Virus record (IMG/VR): IMGVR_UViG_3300047157_000171
Reading direction: 5' to 3' (one strand)
From: a virus
DNA: 64,000 bases
The notes below the pieces were generated by a model. That model was not told the origin of the DNA. It ran no database searches and was given only the letters and a program-made list of their open reading frames with translations. The position numbers and the translations under genes were made by a program. Shown piece by piece: positions 9,550 to 18,755 of this stretch. Position 1 is the stretch's first letter. Each line of letters opens with the position of its first letter.

Positions 9550-10356
9550 ATGAATAATTATTACAAAATTTTAGGATTAAGTAAAGACGCAAGTCAAGAG
9601 GACATTAAAAAGTCTTATCGTAAACTTTCTAAAAAACACCATCCTGACATGGGTGGTGATGACGAAATGTTTAAAAAGATTAATGAAGCTTATAGTGTGT
9701 TGGGTGATGAGAAAAAAAGAAAAGAACATGATAATCCAAGACGTAGTTTTGATGATATATTCTCGTCAGGTTTTGGTTCTGATTTTATGGAAAGTATGTT
9801 CAATCAAGGTAGGTCTCGCAGATATCGAGGTTCCGACATAAAAATTGACTTAACTATCACGGTAAAAGATTCTATGATGGGGGGTGAAAAGGAAGTGTCT
9901 TATTATCGTATGACTAAAGATTTCAGAGAAGAAAGACGTAGTATAAAGATTAATATACCACAGGGTGCAGACGATGGTAATCTTTTCAGAGTTTCAGGTG
10001 GTGGTAATCAAGGGGAGTCCTCACCGGGAGATTTAATTATAATTATTAATATAGGTTCAGATGGTGTGTATTCAAAATCAGGTTTCAACCTTTTTTATAA
10101 CTTAGAGTTGAACCCTTTAGAGATATTAACAGGTAAAGAGGCTACGATTGATTTATACCACAGTAAGATTAAAGTAAATATCCCATCGTGTGTTGATATG
10201 AATAAACAAATGAGGGTTAAGGGTAAAGGATTTAAAACACGAAGAGGTTTTGGTGATTTGTTTATTACATTTAAAGTAAAAACACCAAAAGAATTATCTG
10301 AATATGAATGGAGATTAGTTGAACAACTAAAAAAAGGAGATAATTTTAGAGATTAA
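9550..10356 (+). CDS. dnaJ: DnaJ-class co-chaperone lacking the Zn finger (class B/CbpA-like)
   Basis: NYYKILGLSKDAS..IKKSYRKLSKKHHPDMGG; G/F linker; C-terminal domain GDLIIII..GKGF..GDLFITFKVKTP; no CxxCxGxG. Confidence 0.92.
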   Translation: MNNYYKILGLSKDASQEDIKKSYRKLSKKHHPDMGGDDEMFKKINEAYSVLGDEKKRKEHDNPRRSFDDIFSSGFGSDFMESMFNQGRSRRYRGSDIKIDLTITVKDSMMGGEKEVSYYRMTKDFREERRSIKINIPQGADDGNLFRVSGGGNQGESSPGDLIIIINIGSDGVYSKSGFNLFYNLELNPLEILTGKEATIDLYHSKIKVNIPSCVDMNKQMRVKGKGFKTRRGFGDLFITFKVKTPKELSEYEWRLVEQLKKGDNFRD

Positions 10357-10485
10357 CTCAACCATACCATAAAGAAACAAACTTCCTACGATTATCATTC
10401 CTATAATAACAGGTCTTTCAGTTTTTCTCAACTCTCTTTCGAGTTGTTCTCTCTGTTCTTTCTTTTTACATTTTGTACATGCCAT
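10327..10485 (-). CDS. Small CxxC, Lys-rich membrane protein (52 aa, not in ORF track)
   Basis: MACTKCKKKEQREQLERELRKTERPVIIGMIIVGSLFLYGMVELISKIISFF. Confidence 0.55.
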   Translation of the reverse strand: MACTKCKKKEQREQLERELRKTERPVIIGMIIVGSLFLYGMVELISKIISFF

Positions 10486-10560
10486 TACTTCACTATTTTC
10501 TTTAAATATAGTGGTTTTATGGTCTTTGTCAAACGATTTTTAAAATTTAACTAAATAAGA

Positions 10561-10592
10561 TTTGCCTTTTACCTTTTTTTATACTACATTTG
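10561..10592 (+). promoter_or_regulatory. Bacteroidota-type promoter TTTG-N20-TACATTTG
   Basis: Both consensus elements with canonical spacing, upstream of the methylase. Confidence 0.7.
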
Positions 10593-10623
10593 TCTACAAT
10601 AAAGTTTTAAAATAGAAAAAAGT

Positions 10624-11502
10624 ATGTTTAGTTATATAGGTGGAAAAAGTAAGATTGGTAAATGGATTAAAGAATTCATACCTACAGATATGGAGACTTA
10701 TGTGGAACCCTTTAGTGGTGCCTTTTGGGTTTACTATAATTTAGATTTGGCGTTATACCCAAAATTAAAGACAGTAGTTTATAATGATTTTAATAAGGTA
10801 AATGCGAACTTATTTGCTTGTGTAAAGAAATATGAAGAGTTTTACGAGTTTATTAAAGACATTCCTGCTCAAGAGAAGGATAGGTTTGAAAGATACCAAA
10901 AAGGTGCGTTTGAGGACTTTGATTTTGACCCAGACACACCTAACTTTCAAAAAGGTTTGGAGTATATCTATGTTGTGACTCAAGTGTTCAGTGGGATTAG
11001 ACCTGAAACATCTAACTTCATTGATTTAAAGGGTAAATACAATTCTAAATTCAACTCATTTAGAAACAAACTAAATAACCCTAAGTTCTATAAACATTTC
11101 CAAATGATAACGCACGTTAAGAATGAGGATTTTGAAGATATCATTAATGAGTTTGATTCACCAACCACATATTTTTATTTAGACCCACCATATTGGAAAA
11201 CTGAGGATTATTATTCTAACCAAGACTTTGATGTCACGGACCACAAAAGACTTTCAGAAGTTTTAGGTAAGATTGAGGGTAAATATAGTCTATCTTACTA
11301 CGATTTTGAGTTATTGAAAGAATACTACCCAAAAGACACCCATAGATGGACGAGTAAAGATTACGCAAAGGCGGCAGGTGCGGTATCAGGTAAAAAACAG
11401 ACAAAGGCAAGTGAGTTATTGATTATGAATTATAATGATACAACGTGGCAAGATGTAATTTTAGAAAAAGAAAATATTACAGACGATACATTTGGAAAAT
11501 AA
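10624..11502 (+). CDS. DNA adenine methyltransferase, Dam/D12 class
   Basis: YIGGKSK, YVEPFSGA (SAM binding), YLDPPY (catalytic). Confidence 0.93.
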   Translation: MFSYIGGKSKIGKWIKEFIPTDMETYVEPFSGAFWVYYNLDLALYPKLKTVVYNDFNKVNANLFACVKKYEEFYEFIKDIPAQEKDRFERYQKGAFEDFDFDPDTPNFQKGLEYIYVVTQVFSGIRPETSNFIDLKGKYNSKFNSFRNKLNNPKFYKHFQMITHVKNEDFEDIINEFDSPTTYFYLDPPYWKTEDYYSNQDFDVTDHKRLSEVLGKIEGKYSLSYYDFELLKEYYPKDTHRWTSKDYAKAAGAVSGKKQTKASELLIMNYNDTTWQDVILEKENITDDTFGK

Positions 11503-11521
11503 CGATTTTTATGTATCTTTG
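11491..11521 (+). promoter_or_regulatory. Bacteroidota-type promoter TTTG-N19-TATCTTTG
   Basis: Consensus elements with canonical spacing, upstream of the small ORF at 11559. Confidence 0.7.
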
Positions 11522-11558
11522 TACTTCATTAGAACATTTAATAATAACAATTTAAGTC

Positions 11559-11687
11559 ATGGCAGCAAACACCAACACATTTAAAAAGGCTAAGAAAAAA
11601 AGACCAGGAGTTCATTCGAAGAATAACAATTCTGCGAGTAAAAACTCACCAAACTACAAGAAAAAGTATAGAGGTCAAGGAAGATAG
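11559..11687 (+). CDS. Small highly basic peptide (42 aa, not in ORF track)
   Basis: MAANTNTFKKAKKKRPGVHSKNNNSASKNSPNYKKKYRGQGR; lies between a promoter and a terminator. Confidence 0.7.
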   Translation: MAANTNTFKKAKKKRPGVHSKNNNSASKNSPNYKKKYRGQGR

Positions 11688-11692
11688 TCTAA

Positions 11693-11729
11693 AAAAATAT
11701 CCCTCTAATTAATTTAGGGGGATATTTTT
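11693..11729 (+). terminator. Intrinsic terminator (likely bidirectional)
   Basis: aaaaatatccctctaa-ttaat-ttagggggatattttt inverted repeat. Confidence 0.75.
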
Positions 11730-11741
11730 GTTAAAAACAGA

Positions 11742-11749
11742 TATTTATT
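11742..11749 (+). promoter_or_regulatory. Putative late-promoter motif TATTTATT
   Basis: Between terminator and ATG 11765. Confidence 0.45.
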
Positions 11750-11764
11750 AATAAACGTATTAGT

Positions 11765-13216
11765 ATGAATTTTGAAAAATTAATCAGAGAAATGCTTTTA
11801 GAAGATGCTCGTTTAGAGCACCTATTAAAAACACATGCTCACAAAGATATAGTAAAGGTTAATAAGGAGACAGGAAAGAGAAAGGTTAAGAAGGCTCCTC
11901 TTACTTCAGACCAAATGATGATTATGGTTGGTAACGACCCTACATCAAGAATTGATGGTTTAGATTTAACACAACTACACGATGACGAAACATTGAAGAA
12001 TATTTCTCCTGATTCTGTTAAGAAAACAGGTGAATACACTCAATGGATGGTCAAACAATATAAAATGTTACCACAGATGACTGAGATTCCTTATGGTGAA
12101 TCAGGATACTCTGATGAGTTATCAGAAAAACAAAGATTATTTTTCGAAGATTTATATAAGACTAAAGAGGATTTAATAAAGTTCCATAGATTTAAAACTA
12201 CGGATAAGATTGAAGAGGCCGATATTAACAAGTACTCAATTAAAGAGTTGGAAGATATTGTGGCACCATTATCATTAGAGATGGCGACAAGTACTAAGGC
12301 TGAGAGAAAATCGTCTATGTTACACCCAGGTGCTGAATTTATGGTAGAAACCGATAAGTGGTATGTGGTTAAAATACATCGTAATGATGAATTAGGAAAA
12401 GAAGCTGCCGTGTTCTATGGAGGTTCACAAAAACGTCCTTCTGAGGGGGAAACTAATTGGTGTACATCTGCTCCTGGTATGAATTATTATTTCACTTACT
12501 TAAAAACAGGTCCTTACTACGTTTTCTTAGATAAAACAGACACAAAGACAGGTAATGTATCGGGATTACCGACTCATAGATACCAATTCCATTTTGAGTC
12601 TAATCAGTTTATGGATGTTAATGATAGACAGATTGACTTAGTTAAGTTCTTTAATGATAGTCCTGATTTAAAAGAAGAGTTTAAATCGGTTATTACCTCA
12701 CACTTCAGTAAATCAAATAAAGGTGGTACTAAGTCAAAAACAGTTGAGGTAAATTACCCTTCTGATGGTATATCTAAATTAATTGGGTTATACGGTTTTG
12801 AGGATTTCTTCAACGGATTACCATCTGATTTAGAGAGTTTTGAATTTGAGTACTCAAACTCAGGATATGGTAGTCAAAAAGATATTGAACCACCTAAATT
12901 AGCGGTACCTGATAGTATTGGTAGGTTTAATCAGTTAAAGGTTTTATTCTTCGATAACTGTATCATTTCAATACCTGAGAGTATTTCCAAAGTACCTTTA
13001 AATATTTTATCAATACCAAACAACAAAGGTGTTAAGTTACCTGACTCGTTGGCTGATATGATAAGTAATGGAACCTTAAATATTTTAGGGTTGTCAGGTA
13101 CTGGGTATACAATGGAAACTTTACCACCAAAAATTGCTAAAGCGATTAACGATAGAAACAATGAACAGGATGAGAATCCAAGTGAAGATACTGCGTTCTT
13201 AGTGATATTAGATTAG
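11765..13216 (+). CDS. WCT-motif protein with C-terminal leucine-rich repeats
   Basis: DINKY..WYVVKI..FYGG..ETNWCTSAPG..YF..Y..RYQFHF core; C-terminal PDSIGRFNQLKVLFFDNC-IISIPESI..LNILSIPNN..LPDSL repeats. Confidence 0.7.
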   Translation: MNFEKLIREMLLEDARLEHLLKTHAHKDIVKVNKETGKRKVKKAPLTSDQMMIMVGNDPTSRIDGLDLTQLHDDETLKNISPDSVKKTGEYTQWMVKQYKMLPQMTEIPYGESGYSDELSEKQRLFFEDLYKTKEDLIKFHRFKTTDKIEEADINKYSIKELEDIVAPLSLEMATSTKAERKSSMLHPGAEFMVETDKWYVVKIHRNDELGKEAAVFYGGSQKRPSEGETNWCTSAPGMNYYFTYLKTGPYYVFLDKTDTKTGNVSGLPTHRYQFHFESNQFMDVNDRQIDLVKFFNDSPDLKEEFKSVITSHFSKSNKGGTKSKTVEVNYPSDGISKLIGLYGFEDFFNGLPSDLESFEFEYSNSGYGSQKDIEPPKLAVPDSIGRFNQLKVLFFDNCIISIPESISKVPLNILSIPNNKGVKLPDSLADMISNGTLNILGLSGTGYTMETLPPKIAKAINDRNNEQDENPSEDTAFLVILD

Positions 13217-13220
13217 TGAT

Positions 13221-13493
13221 TTGATGGATAATGAGGTTATTATTTACGTTAAAAACTTAAAGAAGTATTTAGTTAATTCCGCTAAGGCTCGAGAATTATT
13301 TCTTACTAACGACATTGACATCGATGATTTTATAAATGAGGTTGTTAAAGTTGCTAGGAATAATGTTAAGGAAGGTAAAGACCCACAACTAACACAAAAA
13401 CAGTACGAAGAAGTACGTTTTAAACTAACAGACAAAGAATCCGACATTCCGATGATGGAGATAAAAGGGTTCCCACCATTTTTTTTAAATTAG
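13221..13493 (+). CDS. Hypothetical protein
   Basis: 90-aa ORF. Confidence 0.65.
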   Translation: MMDNEVIIYVKNLKKYLVNSAKARELFLTNDIDIDDFINEVVKVARNNVKEGKDPQLTQKQYEEVRFKLTDKESDIPMMEIKGFPPFFLN

Positions 13494-13538
13494 TATTGTT
13501 TATTAATCAGTTTTTCTTATATTTCTAAAAAAGATTTA

Positions 13539-14945
13539 ATGAAAAACAGGTTAACTTTAGTAACGGTTGCGACTCATAAGACGCATGAGTTAGATAGGTT
13601 TATTGAGTCCGCTAATTATCACGGATATGACTATGTTATATTAGGATTAGGGATGGAATGGACCGGTGGTGTTGCCGATAATGGTCGGTTAGTATTCCCC
13701 GGTGGAGGAATGAAAGTGAATCTTCTAAAAGATTATTTATCCACATATGTGGGGTCGAATAGTGATGTTATACTTTTTACAGATTCTTACGATGTTGTAT
13801 TCAACGAAAAACCCGATGAGTTATTAAGTAGATGGAACGGTAATGTATTATTTACTGCGGAAAAAACTTGTTGGCCTGACAGGGATTTGGAAGAAGAATA
13901 TCCAAACTCACCTTATGGTTATAAATATTTAAATAGTGGTGGTTTTATTGCTACAGTTGGTGACCTAATTAATCTAACGGAGACTAAGTGTATGGACCAC
14001 GACGATGACCAACTATATTACACACTAAAGTTTTTAAATGGTGATAAGATTAATTTGGATTATAATTTAGATATATTTCAAACTCTTAATCAGTCTATTG
14101 ACGATGTTGAAATACATAATGGTAGAGTATATAATAAAGTGACTAAAACGTATCCTATTGTTATTCACGCTAATGGAGGTGTTGGTCCAAGAACTTATTT
14201 AAACAAATTATATAACGATATGAGACAACCAGACCCTAAGTTAAAACAGTTAAATGGTGATGAAAGAGTGTGTTTACAAATGTTATTTGATAAGAAACAT
14301 ACGAATCCATCAATTATGGTTGAAAGTCTTTCTTACTTAACCTATGATAAAAGATTGATTGATTTATCGTTTTATAATAATGACAAAGAAAATCAATGGG
14401 CGATTGAGAACTACATTAAAAATAATGGAGATAAATACAACTCAATCACACAGGTTTATGATGAAAGTAAAGGGGTTTATGAGTTAAGAGAAATGTCGTT
14501 TAAGGAGTCTACAGGATATGATGGTGATTATGTATTACATAACGATTCATCATTTATTATAAAAAACAAGGATACAATTCAGTTATTAATGTCTGAGGGT
14601 AAGGATATAATCTCACCGATGATTAATACTGAACAAACGTTTAACTCTAATTTTTGGGGTGGTGTTTCAGACGATGGGTATTATTTAGAAAGTTATGACT
14701 ATCACGATATTAGAACGTACAATAAAAAAGGAACTTTTGTTGTTCCATTTATTAGTGGTGTGATAATGTTCAGTAAAGAAATCTTAAAGACTGATTTATT
14801 TTCAACTATGTTTAGTGATTTAGATAAAGAGATACTAAATTACTACAATGAGGACCATATGGTTGTGTTAGCTAATACTATCAGAGATAAGAATCTGTTT
14901 ATGTATATAACCAATAAAAGATATTACGGAAAATTCTTTAATTAA
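13539..14945 (+). CDS. PLOD/LH3-like protein: collagen glycosyltransferase domain + accessory domain, no hydroxylase domain
   Basis: GT motifs LVTVAT, LGLGMEWTGG, GGGMKV, LFTDSYDV, AEKTCWP, YLNSGGFI, DDDQLYYT, IFQTLN, IHANG; accessory motifs IISPM, SNFWGG, DGYY..SYDY, VPFISG, FMYITN..YG. Confidence 0.85.
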   Translation: MKNRLTLVTVATHKTHELDRFIESANYHGYDYVILGLGMEWTGGVADNGRLVFPGGGMKVNLLKDYLSTYVGSNSDVILFTDSYDVVFNEKPDELLSRWNGNVLFTAEKTCWPDRDLEEEYPNSPYGYKYLNSGGFIATVGDLINLTETKCMDHDDDQLYYTLKFLNGDKINLDYNLDIFQTLNQSIDDVEIHNGRVYNKVTKTYPIVIHANGGVGPRTYLNKLYNDMRQPDPKLKQLNGDERVCLQMLFDKKHTNPSIMVESLSYLTYDKRLIDLSFYNNDKENQWAIENYIKNNGDKYNSITQVYDESKGVYELREMSFKESTGYDGDYVLHNDSSFIIKNKDTIQLLMSEGKDIISPMINTEQTFNSNFWGGVSDDGYYLESYDYHDIRTYNKKGTFVVPFISGVIMFSKEILKTDLFSTMFSDLDKEILNYYNEDHMVVLANTIRDKNLFMYITNKRYYGKFFN

Positions 14946-14946
14946 A

Positions 14947-14979
14947 TTTGGACTACAAAGAAAAAAAGGCTTATCTTTG
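14947..14979 (+). promoter_or_regulatory. Bacteroidota-type promoter TTTG-N21-TATCTTTG
   Basis: Consensus elements upstream of 15007. Confidence 0.7.
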
Positions 14980-15006
14980 TATTGAACAAAAAGAGAAATA
15001 GAAATT

Positions 15007-15816
15007 ATGGCAGACTTATTAAAATATCACAAATCGTTACCTTTAACAGAACAAGAAATCTTAGACAGAGCACCATCTGTTTTCGCAACAGAGGCTTCAG
15101 GTCACGTTTCAGAAAAATATACGTTTATTCCAACAACTCAAGTTATTAAGGACATGGAGGAGTTAGGGTGGAAAGTATATTCGGCAGAACAAAGAACTGC
15201 GAGAACTAAGGTAAGAAATACACATACGAAACACTTACTACGTTTTCGTAACGACAAAATTACCGAGGTGTTAGACTGTATCCCTGAGATTACACTAACC
15301 AATTCACACGATGGTCGAAACGCATTTCAATTCTATGTTGGTCTATACAGACCTGATGTTCAAAGTTCTTTCGTAATTCGTCATGAAACTCTAAATGGTT
15401 TACGTATCAAACACCAGTGGTACACATTAAATGAGGTAAGAGAGGTAACACAAAAGGTTATCAATCACTTACCAACCTTAATCGAACAAGTACAGTTACT
15501 TAACAATACCAATATTGGTAAGACAGAACAAAGAGAATACGCAATGAGAGCCATGATGACACGTTGGGGAAAAGATTACCCTTCAATCCTACACAAAGTG
15601 GTTATGAACCCAATTAAAGGTGAAACAGTAACATTGTGGGATGCTTTCAACAACATACAAAACCATATATTAAACGGTGGTATTACTTACACATTAGCAT
15701 CTAAACGACAACAAACTGTGAGAGCGATTACAAATGTCGACTTAAAAATTAAAATCAACGAAGAGTTGTGGGAAGTGACCCAAGGGTATGTCAAACTAAA
15801 ACAAAAAGTATATTAA
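15007..15816 (+). CDS. DUF932/DUF945 family protein
   Basis: APSVFA..VSEKYTFIPT, TKHLLRFR, EITLTNSHDG, LWDAFNNIQNH..GG. Confidence 0.8.
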   Translation: MADLLKYHKSLPLTEQEILDRAPSVFATEASGHVSEKYTFIPTTQVIKDMEELGWKVYSAEQRTARTKVRNTHTKHLLRFRNDKITEVLDCIPEITLTNSHDGRNAFQFYVGLYRPDVQSSFVIRHETLNGLRIKHQWYTLNEVREVTQKVINHLPTLIEQVQLLNNTNIGKTEQREYAMRAMMTRWGKDYPSILHKVVMNPIKGETVTLWDAFNNIQNHILNGGITYTLASKRQQTVRAITNVDLKIKINEELWEVTQGYVKLKQKVY

Positions 15817-15817
15817 C

Positions 15818-15844
15818 AAAAAGGGACCTCGAGTCCCTTTTTTT
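15818..15844 (+). terminator. Intrinsic terminator
   Basis: aaaaagggac-ctcga-gtccc followed by a T run. Confidence 0.75.
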
Positions 15845-15872
15845 ATTCGGTAAAAACTCTTATCTTTACTCC

Positions 15873-17531
15873 ATGGTTGAAAATCTGTATAAGAATATTT
15901 TTGATGAGCATAGGACTACGTATCACGAAGTATCTAATGATGCGACTTTAATGCGTAATATAACTGACCATAAAACCAATGCGTCTAGAATGGATGGGTA
16001 TAGTAATAAGAAGTTATATTATTTTACCGTGTCTAAATATTCAGAAAATAAAGAAGATTTTATTGATGAATATGGTAATATGTTGTGTGACTTGGAGAAT
16101 AATCGAAGGACTGTTGTTGTTGAAAAGGAAGGGGATAAGGTTAGGTTATCGTTTTACTATTACAAGAAATTCAGGAAGGTTGGTAAGTTGTATTTTGCTA
16201 AGATGTACGACCGACATTATCTAACCTATAATTTAAAGACTAATAATTTTTATATGACAAACGTTATGAAGTCGATAGGTTATAGAAGAAGTAAACGAAT
16301 ACGTTGTAACCCAACACATAATATTAGTCGAGTGGTTGAACATATTCATGATTTTAAGTTTACTAATGATGATTCAGAATATCTTAAAGTGTTTATGAGG
16401 ACTTTAGACCCTGACACTAACTATGGTAAAGACAAGTACTTAACATTTGAAGAGGCGTTCATAAGATTCTTTGTTAGTAGAAATGGTATCAAAGGTCCAA
16501 ATCATATGACATCGTTAATATTGAGAAATTATCCAGGTAAGAAGTCCTTAAAAAAGAATGGGTATAATTTGATACATTCAATCTTAGATAATGTTGGGTT
16601 GAAAAGTAAGTACTTCATTAGTTTAATGAATAACTATAAACCTGATTTAAGTTATTTGATTCAGTACGCTAACCTATTAGGGTTAAAATATGTTAAGAGT
16701 ATTAATAAGGAGTTTTTTAAGAAAGAGAGGGCTCCGTATGAGACCTTTGTTGATTTAAAGAAAAAGTATTACGAAGATACGGAACTTTATCCGATTTACC
16801 AAAACATTACCGATTATGATAGAAAAAACATCGTTAAGGTCATCAACGATTTTACAGTTACGAGTCCTGATACGCCAATAAACAATACACGGTCTATGAA
16901 TATCACTGGTTTGATAAATGACCATATTAGGATTATGGATAACTTAAGAACGTTTGAGGAGGATATTAAATTTAGGGCTAAGACTTATTCAGAATTTGAG
17001 CAAGAACACGTTAACTATAGTGAGAAGTATTCATTATATAGAAATTCTGAGGAAATTTACTATCAATACGATGAAAAAATAATTAATAGCTTAAAGAATT
17101 CACAAAAAGGGTATGAGTACGTATTATTATCGAATGATATGGACTATATAAATGAGTCTACACATCAAAATAATTGTGTTAGAACTTATATAGATAAGTT
17201 TGATTCTATAATCATTTCTGTCAGGCTTGGGGATAAAAGAATAACGACTGAATTCACATACAAAGGGGATTGTATTCAAAAGAGAGGGTCTTATAATAGT
17301 AAAGTTGACGAATCTTTTAATGAGGGTATTATGGAGTTGGAACGTATTATGAAAACTATTTATTTGGGTGGGGGGTTAAAACAACCAACTATCAAAATAA
17401 AGAATAAACTTAACGGAGACGAAAAACACTATACAATCAAAGAGTTAAAAACTAATGGGTATAGACGTTCTAGAGGTAATGAAGGTTTTTTGGATTTTGT
17501 CGACGATGAATTAGATTTTATGTTAATATGA
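15873..17531 (+). CDS. PcfJ-domain protein
   Basis: C-terminal LL..DMDYINESTHQNNCVRTY..IISVR..RITTE; start moved from 15768 to the ATG after the terminator and a TATCTTTA element. Confidence 0.75.
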   Translation: MVENLYKNIFDEHRTTYHEVSNDATLMRNITDHKTNASRMDGYSNKKLYYFTVSKYSENKEDFIDEYGNMLCDLENNRRTVVVEKEGDKVRLSFYYYKKFRKVGKLYFAKMYDRHYLTYNLKTNNFYMTNVMKSIGYRRSKRIRCNPTHNISRVVEHIHDFKFTNDDSEYLKVFMRTLDPDTNYGKDKYLTFEEAFIRFFVSRNGIKGPNHMTSLILRNYPGKKSLKKNGYNLIHSILDNVGLKSKYFISLMNNYKPDLSYLIQYANLLGLKYVKSINKEFFKKERAPYETFVDLKKKYYEDTELYPIYQNITDYDRKNIVKVINDFTVTSPDTPINNTRSMNITGLINDHIRIMDNLRTFEEDIKFRAKTYSEFEQEHVNYSEKYSLYRNSEEIYYQYDEKIINSLKNSQKGYEYVLLSNDMDYINESTHQNNCVRTYIDKFDSIIISVRLGDKRITTEFTYKGDCIQKRGSYNSKVDESFNEGIMELERIMKTIYLGGGLKQPTIKIKNKLNGDEKHYTIKELKTNGYRRSRGNEGFLDFVDDELDFMLI

Positions 17532-18121
17532 AAAAAACAATGACAATGATTTTATGTATATGTTTTGTCACGGCATTTACATTAAGAGAACAACAACAAT
17601 ATGAGGACGTAACGATAACTACAGACATATATACGGTATTATACTCTCAAGAATATGAACAACCACTTAAGTTAGATTATATAGTACAATGTCCTGGTGA
17701 CGGGGTTAGTAGAAAAGGATTAGATTTCTACGGAGTTGATAGCGTGAAGACTTCAAACAATAATGATTATCGTAATAATGTTTGGGATAAAGGTCATTTA
17801 GCACCAGCAGCTGATTTTAATTGTAGTCGAGAGATGTTAAAGAAGACATTCTCGTATTTGAATTGTGCACTACAACATGAAGGTCTTAATAGAGGGCCGT
17901 GGAGATTCTTGGAAGAATATGAAAGAGAGTTAGCGTTAGAAAATGACACGGTTAAAGTTTCTGTGATAGTGCATTTCGATAACGATACTGTATTACCAAC
18001 AGGCGCTAAGATACCATCAGATTTTACTAAGATAATTATAGTCAATAATGACACCCTAACATACAAATTCCCAAACAAAAATGTTAGAGGTAAAAAATGG
18101 GAAGAATTTCAGGTTAAATAA
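17528..18121 (+). CDS. DNA/RNA non-specific endonuclease (NucA/EndoG family), exported
   Basis: Signal-like N-terminus; WDKGHLAPAADF, TFSYLNCALQ, LNRGPWRFLE. Confidence 0.92.
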   Translation: MKKTMTMILCICFVTAFTLREQQQYEDVTITTDIYTVLYSQEYEQPLKLDYIVQCPGDGVSRKGLDFYGVDSVKTSNNNDYRNNVWDKGHLAPAADFNCSREMLKKTFSYLNCALQHEGLNRGPWRFLEEYERELALENDTVKVSVIVHFDNDTVLPTGAKIPSDFTKIIIVNNDTLTYKFPNKNVRGKKWEEFQVK

Positions 18122-18166
18122 TTTACAACCTTAATATTATAAGGTATTATTATAAAAACAAAAATT

Positions 18167-18487
18167 ATGAAAAAAGTATCATACAGTGAATTTAAAGAGT
18201 TACAATCTGGTAACAATAGAATATTCGTAGATTTCTACGCCGATTGGTGTGGACCATGTAAAATGATGTTACCTGTGTTAGAAAAGGTGTCTGATGAAAT
18301 GTCTGAGTCAGGTGTAACCTTTGTTAAGGTTAACGCTGATGAAGAAAGAGAGTTATCTGCGGAATTTGGTGTTAGAGGAATTCCAACATTTGTTATGATT
18401 GACGAAGGTGAGGTTAAAAATAGATTCTCAGGTGTTAAGGGCAAAGCGGAATTAACCGAAAGTATTAAAGAAACATTCAATGTCTAA
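18167..18487 (+). CDS. trxA: Thioredoxin
   Basis: VDFYADWCGPCK; GVRGIPT. Confidence 0.95.
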   Translation: MKKVSYSEFKELQSGNNRIFVDFYADWCGPCKMMLPVLEKVSDEMSESGVTFVKVNADEERELSAEFGVRGIPTFVMIDEGEVKNRFSGVKGKAELTESIKETFNV

Positions 18488-18755
18488 AGACGTATTCCTA
18501 TACACAATGGACGGTTGTCCTTACTGTCAAGAGGTTAAAACATTATTGGATAATGATAATGTTAAATACACTGAGAGAGATTGTGATGAATATGAAATGC
18601 AGTATGAGATATTAAAGTCGAATACTGATAATAATGAGTTTGTTCCGGCTTTTGAAATCAGGGATAATGAAAAAATGTCTAAACGTTTTTTAGTTCCTGA
18701 TAGAGATTTTGAGGAATTAGAACACGCGGTACATTTGATTAAAAAATATATTTAA
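18480..18755 (+). CDS. Glutaredoxin-like protein
   Basis: LYTMDGCPYC; cis-Pro motif FVPAF. Confidence 0.88.
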   Translation: MSKDVFLYTMDGCPYCQEVKTLLDNDNVKYTERDCDEYEMQYEILKSNTDNNEFVPAFEIRDNEKMSKRFLVPDRDFEELEHAVHLIKKYI

